Of a stretch of 64,000 bases of DNA, positions 50,959 through 64,000 are shown one piece after another; position 1 is the stretch's first letter, and each line of letters starts with the position of its first letter. A program made the position numbers and the translations under genes. The notes below the pieces were generated by a model. That model did no database searches. It had not been told where the DNA came from and worked only from the letters and a program-made list of their open reading frames with translations. This DNA is from the human T2T-CHM13v2.0 reference genome, Homo sapiens. The DNA is taken from assembly GCA_009914755.4 (NCBI GenBank), contig CP086569.2, forward strand, positions 18,592,001 to 18,656,000, written 5' to 3'.

Positions 50959-53940
50959 TGAGTACCGGTATTTTCTTTCCATATTTAGTGCTTTCTTTAG
51001 GAGCTCTTCTAAGGCAGGCATGGTGGTGACAAAACCATCTACATTTTGTTATCTGTAACAATTTTATTTTTATTTTGCTCATAAAGCTTAGTTTGGATTA
51101 ATATAAAATTCTAGGTTGAAATTGTTTTCTTTAGGGTTGTTTTATATTGACTCCACTCTCTTCTGGCTTGTAGGGTTTCTGCAGAGAGATCCTCTGTTAG
51201 TCTGATGGGCTTCCCTTTGTAGATAACCTGACCTGTCTGTCTGGCTGTCCTTAACATTTTTTCTTTTTGTTCAACCTTGGAGAATCTGACAGTCATATGT
51301 CTGTTGCTCTTCTCAGCGAGTATCTTAGTGGTGTTATCTGTACTTCCTGAATTTGAATGTTGGCCTGTCTTGTTCCATTGGGAAGTTCTCCTGGATGATG
51401 TCTTGAAGTGTGTTTTCAAACTTGGTTCCATTTTTCCCATCACTTTCAGGTACACCAATCAATTATAGGTTTGGTCTTTTGACATACTCCCATATTTCTT
51501 GGAGGCTTTGTTTGTTGCTTTTCATTCATTTTTCTCTAATCTTGTCTTCATGCTTTATCTCATTAAGTCGATCTTCCATCTTTGATAATCTTTCTTCCTC
51601 TTCATTGATTCATCTATTAATACTTGTTTTTGCTTCACAATGTTTCTTGCACTGTGTTTTTCAGCTCTATGCGGTCATATACGTTCTTCTGTAAACTGGT
51701 TATTTTAGTTAGCAGCTCCTGTAACGTTTTATCAAGGCTTTTACCTTACTTGCATTGGTTTAGAACATACTCCTTTAGCTTAGAGAATTTTGTTATTACT
51801 GACCTTCTGAAGCCTACTTCTGCCAACTCATCAACCTCATTCTCCATCCACCTTTGTGCCCTTGCTGGAGAGGAGTTGCGATCATTTGGAGTTGAAGAGG
51901 CATTCTAATTTTTTGAATTTTCAGCTGTTTTGTGCTGGCTATTCCTCATTTTTCGTGGATTTATCTACCTGGGATCTTTGATACTGAATGTCTTTGGACT
52001 GGGATTTTGTGTGAGAGTCCTTTTTGTTGATGTTGATGTTGATGTCACTGTTTCCTGTTTGTTAGTTTTTCTTCTAACAGTCAGGCATCTCTTCTGCAGG
52101 TCTGCTACAGTTTGCTGGTCTACTTCAGTTGCTGTTTGCCTGGGTATCACCATATGAAGTTGCACAACAGCAATGATTGGAAGTTTTGACTCAGAGTGAT
52201 ACCTGGCTGGTGCCAGCTAGAGCTTTTCTCTATGAAGTGTCTGTTGACCCCTGCGGGAAAGGGTCTCCTAGTCAGGAGGCACAGGTGTCAGGGGCAAACT
52301 TGAAAAGCCAGTCTGCCCTGAGCAGAGCTTGAGCACTGTCCTGGGAGATACACTGCTCTCTTCAGTGCAAGCAGGCAGGAGTCTTTAAGTCTGCTGAAGT
52401 TGCACTCACAGCCATCCCTTTTCTCAGGTGTTCTGTCCCAGGGAGTTGGGAGTTTTACATATAAGTCTCTGACTCAGGCTGCTGCCTTTCTTTCAGAGAT
52501 GCCCTACCCAGTGAGGAGGAATCTAGAGAGCCAATGTGGCCACACCTGCTTTGCATGCTTCTGTGAGTTCCATGCAGCCCAAATTTCCTGGCAGTTTTCT
52601 TAACACTCTGAGGGGAAAACCTTACGCTCAAGTCTCAGTAATTGTGGTCGAACCTCTCCCCACCGAGCTTTATCATTCTAGGTTGACTTCAGGCTTCTAT
52701 GTAGGTAGTGAGAACTTGAAGCCAGTGGATCTCAGCTTGCTGTGCTCCATGGAAGTGGGGCCTGCTCAGTGGGACCACTTGGCTCCCTGGCTTCAGCCCC
52801 TTTCCAGGGGGGTGACTGGTTTTGTCTCACTGGTGTTCCAGGTGCCACTAGGGTATGAAAATTATTTTGCAGCTAGCTCAGCCTCTGTGAAAGCAGCCAC
52901 CCAGTTTTGTGCTTGAAACCCAGTTCTGTGGTTGTACAGGCACACTAGGGAATCTCCTGGTCTGTGCGTCGTAAGAACCATGGGGAAACTGCAGGTTATG
53001 GGCTTGATAGCACAGCCCCTGATTGCTTTCCATGGTTAAAGAAGGAAGTTTTCAGCCCCTTACACTTCCTGAGTGAGGCAACACTCACCCTACTTCTGCT
53101 TGCCTTTTGTGGGCTGCACTCAATGTCTAACCACGTCCAGTGAGATGAACTGGGTAATTCAGGTGGAAATGCAGAAATCAACTGTCCTTTGTGTTTGTCT
53201 CACTGGGAGCTGCAGATCAGAGCTGTTACTTTTCTACCATATTGCCAGATGCCGACCAGTTTTTATTCTTATTTACAGTGTGCACTGTTGAAATTACCAG
53301 AAGTTTCACTTGTAATGTCTAAAAGCAAAAAGGAAAAGAACAGTGAGAAATGTTTTAATAAATTAATCTCTGTATTCAAATGTCAATCAAAAGCAGTGCC
53401 ATGTCGCAAAAGGTGAAGGAAAATGAGCAGACCAAAAACAAGTGAATTGACATTTTGGTTCACTTTTGAAAAAGCAGGTTTAAGAAGGTAAACCTCCAGA
53501 TTTCTAATCTGTATCAAGTATTAAGCATTGCAAAGTATGTACTGAAATTTTTTCAATTTTCACAGAAACTAATTTGTACTCTAGAAATTCCTGTTATTGC
53601 TTTGATATCTGTTGGGGTTCAGTCAAGATGGTGGGGAAAATTAGCAGATACAAACCTTCTTGCAAGGCCTAGGGAGTTGACATAAGCTCCAGTAATAAAC
53701 TTGGCTGAAAATGGCCTTTTCCCTTTAGTTAAGTAAGTTAGAGTAGAAACACACTAAAGTGGGGTGTTTATCTAACTAGCTTGCTTACTCATACGGTCCT
53801 AAGATTAATGGTTGACTTAGTACAGTGCTAAATTGCTTTCTAATTGGGAATTCCACACTGTCAATTACCCTTTAGTGGTGTTGACTTGAGCCTTGGTCAA
53901 TTATTCTTTACCAAATAAATGTGAGTCTCACTAGCTGGTT

Positions 53941-54032
53941 GGGGCCACAGTCAAAGCTCTGCAGTGAGCAGAGACCACACCACTGCACTCCAGCCTGTGC
54001 CACAGAGCAAGACTCCATTTCAAGAAAATAAA
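53941..54032 (+). mobile_element. Alu 3' (right-arm) fragment
   Basis: Reads ggggccacagtcaaagctctgcagtgagcagagaccacaccactgcactccagcctgtgccacagagcaagactccatttcaagaaaataaaa. Confidence 0.5.
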
Positions 54033-56412
54033 AGGCTCCTACTCACTCTGGGACAGAAGGATCTTGTTTTGTTCCACGTGGAACTATTTCAGGATCAGTT
54101 CTCAGGAAGCCTTTATTGTATGTGGTAAAAGTAATATAACATAAAATTTACCAATCTAAACATTTGTGCATGTATCTAAATATTTGTAAGTATGTTTATG
54201 TTATTGTGCAACCCTCACCACCGCTTCACATTCTCACCAGCAATGCACAAGTGTTCCATTTGCTGCAGAAACTCTCCAACTTTCCATTTTTCAAAAACAA
54301 AAAACAAAAAAGACATTCTAGTGGGTATAAAGTGGTAATCCCTCTCCTGCCCCACTCATGCCTGTTTAGATAACTGTAAGACACCGTCTGGCCATTTCCA
54401 GCTCCAGGTCACTTTTTCTATGCTGCCTATCCAGACACCCAGTGATCAGTGATGTCTCCTCAGGGTTTACAAGGTCTTCTGCATCTTGCTCTATTGTAAT
54501 CCAGACCTCAGCATATAATATCCATGTGTCATTCCACTTAAGTAAAGGGAAATTAACATTTTCTGAGCACCGCCACGTGCAGGTGACTTGCTCAGGTGAA
54601 CTCACAGTGACTCTGCCAGGTATGGGTAATCCCACATGTAGAGAAAAGGGCCAAGATCAGGTGATTGAGTGACTCACTTTCAATCACACCACTTCCAAGT
54701 AACTTCAGGTTCCAGCCCCCAGCCAGGTCTCCAGTTGTCATTTAGAAAAAGTTTGTGAGTCACTTGAATGTATGTCCAGGCCACACCCAGTCTTCTTTCT
54801 ATCAATCGAGATGAGCTCCAGGGACAATGGGTGACAAGACACAACCAGTCATCTTTCTTCCATTCAGAGCCATTGTAGGTACTTGATACTCATCAGGAAC
54901 AGTCTCTTATCCCAAAACCTTCTCATACATAGGATGTTTTGAGGGCAATGTGTTACACATGGGTCACAGAAGGCAACTTTAGTGAGGGAATCAAAGCCAG
55001 CATATAGAGAAGGAGCTGGTGATTCCAAGTGTAAAGGAAGGGTGGTATGCTAAGAAGTTATTGCCCTTGAGGATGAAGGAGACAAGAGGTTAGTATGACT
55101 AAATCAGACGGAGCAAGACAGAAAGCAGGGAATGGACAAAACACTTAGCACAAGGCACAGTGGTTCCTTAGCAAGGTCGATGCAGACCTACCATGACATG
55201 ATGTGGCCACTGCCCTCCTAGGAATGAATGATGAGAAATGAAGGCGAGTTTACAGGCTATATACATAAATAAATATTCATGACATCCTTATACACAATGT
55301 TCCCAAACCAGGAACCCCAAATGCCCATACACAAAAGAAGGGTGAACAAGCTGTGGCACATCCACACCATGGTGTGTGGCTCGGCATAAAAAGGAATGGA
55401 CTGTTGATGCAATCAGAACAGAGTGACTCTGAAAGTAGTTCTGCCGAATAAAAGAACCCAGATCAGAACGATGCACAAAGATCCAAGTACATACTGTATT
55501 TACATGTAATTCTATAAAATACCACTAAATTTTAGTGAAAGAAGCAGATCTGTGGTACTAGATTGGCCAGGGAGAGATCATTATTGCCAGGAGGAAGGTA
55601 CGTTTTCATGACCTTCATAGCACTTCTGGCCTTGTGGTGAATGAAATACTCACATGGAGAAAACCATCAGTTCTCCTTTCTGCACATGTGCAGTTTACCA
55701 TATGCTGATCACACGTCAATGAAGCTGTTTTTAAATAAGGAATCACGATCCGCAGCTCAGAATATGAATGGGCAGGAGGCCTGAGAAGGCAGATTCTTTT
55801 CTTTTCCTAATCTATGAGGCTGTATAATGAGAATTAAGTTGGCCCTGAGCTCAGACACAGAACAGGCCTGAGGGAAAGGCTCACACAGTCCTTCCTTCTG
55901 CACAGAAGAGTGACCACCTAACACAGTACCCAGTTGCCCCTGAGGACCTTTATAGTTCAAAGTGATCTTCCTGTCCTTGTGTCTATTTTCTGGTATTTCC
56001 TCTTTCATGCGGAAGCTTATGTGCCCTATGCTGTAGAGGACATCATCTTCCAGTTCTAATATGAACATTCTGGTTCCATCACAGTAGAGAAATGGGTTGC
56101 ATTGTCTCTCTTCAAGACAAAGAGAAGGGAAAAGCCATGAGCACAATGTCCAAAGTTGTGTGTTCAGGTGGCAAGTGGAGGAAGAGCATCACCATGCCAA
56201 GGCAGCAGAAGGACAACTGAAGGTGAAAGTTTCTGCAGAGGAAACAAGGAAGCTTAGGGATTCCCAGTGGAAATCTTTCTTCCCATGTGTAGAACCCTGA
56301 TTTGAAGGCCAGTTCCTCTTGTCCCAATGTGAAATGAACCTGTGACCATCCTCATTTCAGCCTTATTACTAATTGCACAGGCAAACATGAGTGTTCGACG
56401 GTTTTAAAAAAT

Positions 56413-56447
<35 letters not shown>

Positions 56448-58329
56448 AAGTAAGGTAAAACAGACAACTCACCTCCAGAGAAATGAGTCTTTAAGTTCCT
56501 TTTTCCTTCTGGCCCCATGACCTCTGCTCAAGCAGAGTTCAGAATGCATGCTCCCTATAGTCTCGGAGAAGTAGAAAATATTGCATCCATAGAAAGTAAC
56601 AAAATTTAGGAAGATAATAAGAAAATTTAGAGATTAGGAAAAACAGTTTGAAATTCTCTTAAAATGTGTAAGTCTGAAAAAAAATGGAAGACAGAATCTA
56701 AAAATTATTTCAAAACCATACACAATTAAAAAAATAAACCACAAGAAAAGTGGTTAGCTCTCTGGGAGATTAGTCCCAGATTTGCAGTAGTGAAATAGCA
56801 TTTGACATGTAAAAACCCAGGGAGGCAGTTATGAAAGCCCTTGGAATGACAGCTCAATCCCAGGCCTAGAGAGATATTGGTTGGGTGGGAACAGGAAAAA
56901 GGAAGGCATCCAGCAGTGACTTTTCAGATGGGAGGTTAGAAATGAGGGAAGATATTAAGGATGTGATAAAAGGAGACAATTTAATTTTAAATAGAAAGAA
57001 GAAAAGGCAATAGAAACTCCAAGAAAATAGAAAGCTAAAGAAAAAATATGTGTATACCCATAGAATACCAAGACATGTATGGGAATTCACAGTACTAATA
57101 TACTTCCTACAAGAGGAAAGTCACAAGATTCTATTGTATTGGATCAACAAGATGTATATCTAAATATTTATACTCTACAGTTACTTACAACGTCAATGAT
57201 AACTAAGAAAGAAACTAAAATCATCATATTCCTACCATTGGCTGAGGGTGGAGGAAAGGTGGGAGTCTAAGAAACTCAGTCTTCCTCTGTTGTACCTGGT
57301 TGTTAACAGGTAGTTCAGGGGACTAGGGTGAGGTGCACATGGTGGCAGCTCCTTCTGTGTAACTCTTGCCTCACCTCTGTATTTTTCAGTCATGTGCATA
57401 TATTTTTTATTTTCAAAATAAAATATATGAGAAATAATATATGGTATCAGAGACTCTAGGAATAGTCTCTGTTCCAGCTGTCCTGGTTCCAAGTCTAATG
57501 AAGCACCACAGATTCCAGCAGAAAATCCTGGCTCTACCCACACTTCCACTCCCTCAAATGAGACCCAAGTAATCACCAGATACAGCTGAAAAACTCAAGA
57601 TCTGTCCAAAGCAGATCCACATGTAGACATCACCAAGGGTATCAATAGACACAACCACAGAGGTGTCTGCAGTGTGCATCATGAAGTCCAGCCCCTAACT
57701 TTAGACCAACTTCCCAGTCTGGAAGGAAATTTCCTTAGAGGATGCCAGTGCTAGTGGCATCAGCCACGACTCAGGTGCAGCCATGGAGTGGTCCAGCATG
57801 TTACTGTAAGCAGCCAGAGGGCAGAGGAAAGGAGCAAGAAAGATGAGAGGGAGGGTGGCAACATCATGGGTGGGCCCCTACTGGTATATCTCACTACCCT
57901 ACAGTGGCCTGGGGGACACAAAGAACACGATATTTTGATGGGCAGAGGCTCTCTCAGGCCAGAGCAGTAGGACTTGGAAAGAAACTGAAGCCAAGCTGAG
58001 GAATGAGGTTTCCTGTTTCAATTTGACCACTCGTGGCTGTGGATCCCAGGATATCACAAATTGCAATGCCTTTCCCATTTTCTCTGTGGCTGCAAACACT
58101 TGGGTCAGGCTCTCATTGACCTGGCGCCCTTGAGGCACTTAATAAAGCCTATTACTTGAAACTGATAATACATTAGCACTTTATTTACTATGACTTTCAA
58201 TGAAGTATTGTTCTCCAGTATTGAAAATAGGAAAACGATTAACAAGAGCTTGATAGTTACGTGAATAAACAATGGTTGATCCTAAAGAACAATTAGGCAG
58301 CACTTGATAATAAACAGTTGGTATTTCAT

Positions 58330-58480
58330 GTATGCTCACTGTGTCTCAATGGTACTCTTAGGCTTTTGATAACCACCCCCACTTAATCTTTGCAACAATC
58401 CCCATGGCAGGTCCTGGCACCATCCCTATTTTAGAGGTGAGAAGTCACGTGAACCCACCAAGGGTCACACACTTGGGCAG
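58330..58480 (+). mobile_element. MIR-like ancient SINE fragment
   Basis: Reads ...ccccatggcaggtcctggcaccatccctattttagaggtgagaagtcacgtgaacccaccaagggtcacacacttgggcag, which resembles the MIR core (..attttacagatgaggaaactgaggc...aaggtcacacag). Confidence 0.4.
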
Positions 58481-60197
58481 TGCAGGATCTAAATATAAGC
58501 AGGCAAAAGAGGTGCCAAGAAAGATGATAATATCCTAATGGTAGGTGGAAAGGAGGAGAAAAAGTACACACGATGTGAAGGCCAGACAAGACATAGGCCA
58601 GCCCCAAATGTAGACCAGATCCACAGCTGGCCAGCCTTCACTTTTCTTATCTTAAAGGATCCTCCTCATCAAAGGAAGATCACAGAGTGCAGGGAGTGTG
58701 CTCAAAAAAGTACTGATATGAAGCAGAAACATGAGAAAAGAGAAACCAAAAAAAAAGCTAAAAATAAACACACCAGAATTACAGCTGGGTTTGTCTTTAG
58801 GTGACAGGCCCACAAGTGTCTTTTTCTAAGTCTGTTTTCTCCATTCTCCAAAATAGACATAAATTCAGGTGATGAGTCAGGCTGCAGGAGTAAGCATACG
58901 ATCAGAGAAAACTGCTCCCCAAACCTGGCCCCTGGCCTGGGCTCCTGGCTGGTGGCTTCCCCTTCCCTGGGGTCTGTCCTTATCCCAGAGACAGAGCCCT
59001 GTCATCTCGACACCCATTCCATGCCCTAGTCACCCATAAAGAGTAGAGGGGAACTGAACAGGCGAAATGGTCTCGTGGCCCATGGGATGACAGTACCTGG
59101 CAGTCAGTGCCATTCAAATTGTCTTGTCTCCAGGAAAGTCCAAGCCCAAGTCCTTGAGTGTTGTCTTGGGACTGTGGAGGCCCATTTTATTCATGTCCCT
59201 CTAAAAGAGATCAGATGGAAGAAGAAGTTTTGTGGGACTCTGAGGCCCAGCCTTCTTCCCAGCAGGTAAAGCAGGCCTGCTGTCTGGAAAATGCTGTCAC
59301 CACAGGGCCACCCCAATATTCTTTGTTTATCTCTTATCCTGTCTTTGGTCCAAACCAAATACCCATAATTACTAACTGGAAAAGAGAGTTTCTGGGGTGC
59401 CAGTTGAGTTGGTCACCCCTGTGTGAGAAACCCATGGGGAGCCATGGGCAGCCTCTGAGTAGAAAAGTCTCCTTATTGCCTTCACGTATTTATGCCCCGA
59501 GTGCATAACTGCTCAGCAGTATTCCACAGGTTGCTCAGGGAGATAACACTCCCTTGAAGCAATGGAGTATAATCAAACATCTTGGCTCCTCCTGAAACCA
59601 GCTCCCACCCGTTTCAGTCCCGATAAGTTACAGATCTTAAGTAGGTTAGACACACACTTTTGCTCAAGGAAATTCACAGAAACCGCCAGTGCCAAACATC
59701 TTACTGAATGGCTCAGGAGTTCTCCTTCTCTGATTAATCCTTTTCCTCATCCATTTCTCCCCCTCCCAGCTGCCCTGAGAACAAAGAGCTTGTAAACCAA
59801 TAAATTGGGTGAAGCCCAAGAGCAATGGGCCATGAGCAAGCCTTCAATGCTCTGGTCCTCTAGATGCACCTTTTAAATGTTTATTCTCTCTCTTTCTAAT
59901 TCCTTTGTCTCCTCCAGACTCAGGGTACCCACTGGGTGGTGTGGGACTGGTTTCCCCAACACTAACCTCGGACATTCCAAATATTGATGCTTGTATTGTC
60001 TCTCGAATCAACTCAACAAGCCCTCCTCTGGTAACACAATAGCCTTTTCTCTAGCAAAGAACTGAACCTACCATACAGTGACCCTGAAATGCAGACAGGC
60101 AGACACAACCCTGCTTGGGCCTGTCCTGAGCCTCAGATCTCTGGTTTCAATGATCTCACAGCCAGCTGATTGAAAGGGACGGGGAAGTGTGTGGAGG

Positions 60198-60257
60198 AAG
60201 CACTCTCCACACGACTGCACTCCAGCCTGGGTGACAGAATGAGTCTCCGTCTCAAAA
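60198..60257 (+). mobile_element. Alu 3' end fragment with an A14 tail
   Basis: Reads cactctccacacgactgcactccagcctgggtgacagaatgagtctccgtctcaaaaaaaaaaaaaa. Confidence 0.55.
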
Positions 60258-60296
60258 AAAAAAAAAATACCTTTAAAAATGCATCCTATTTTTTCC

Positions 60297-64000
<3,704 letters not shown>

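Larger units (their letters stand above)
46403..53257 (-). mobile_element. older full-length L1 (L1PA7/L1PB-like) on the minus strand, carrying two nested Alu insertions; ORFs degraded
   Basis: Left end: poly-T plus the reverse complement of the L1 3'UTR (attttttattataatttaacttctaggatacatgtgcagaacaggcagatttgttacattggtgtacatgtgccaccgtggtttgctgcacccatcaac). Minus-strand ORFs 46691..46897, 47035..47349, 47740..47934, 48016..48312, 49767..50057 and 51111..51458 are ORF2 and ORF1 pieces. Right end: the reverse complement of the L1 5'UTR start, ...gtctcactgggagctgcagatcagagctgttacttttctaccatattgccagatgccgacc, at ~53257. Length without the Alus is ~6.2 kb. The element is more diverged from L1HS than the two L1PA copies. 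Confidence 0.85.

Overview
This window is primate, almost certainly human, genomic DNA with the character of a pericentromeric region. It is not a prokaryotic or accessory locus. There is no defence system, operon or CRISPR array, and I see no intact cellular protein-coding gene. All calls come from reading the sequence and from recalled consensus sequences; I ran no alignment or database search.

Contents from left to right:
- 1-2670: the 3' end of a HERV-K-like (betaretrovirus-type) endogenous retrovirus. It comprises a frameshifted env remnant with recognisable HERV-K env motifs, followed by a 3' LTR that contains a ~90-bp tandem duplication and an AATAAA signal.
- 2741-19790: about 60 divergent monomers of alpha satellite, period ~171 bp, lying in reverse-complement orientation. 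I saw no CENP-B boxes in the monomers I read.
- 4089-10755: a full-length but dead L1PA element (minus strand) that interrupts the satellite, flanked by a 14-bp target-site duplication that matches at 13 of 14 positions. At 6105-6821 it carries a nested, twin-primed (5'-inverted) L1 fragment with its own 14-bp duplication.
- 22905-29055: a second full-length dead L1PA (plus strand) with a 14-bp target-site duplication. An ORF0-like antisense reading frame survives in its 5'UTR.
- About 14 Alu elements or fragments, several with clear target-site duplications, and a few microsatellites.
- 36150-37729: an intronless pseudogene of the CDY/CDYL chromodomain plus enoyl-CoA-hydratase family. Together with the monomeric satellite it hints at a Y-chromosome pericentromeric origin; that is inference only.
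- About 39080-40300: a ~1.2-kb strongly decayed telomere-like (CCCTAA)n array.
- 43825-44210: a GC-rich minisatellite with a ~78-bp unit.
- 46403-53257: an older full-length L1 (minus strand) carrying two nested Alus.
- 60297 to the window end: another L1 (plus strand), cut by the window edge.
- About 53.3-60.2 kb: comparatively repeat-poor sequence in which I recognise no gene.

The ORFs in the supplied track are explained by L1 ORF1/ORF2 remnants, the env remnant, the CDY-like pseudogene, or repeat-generated noise.
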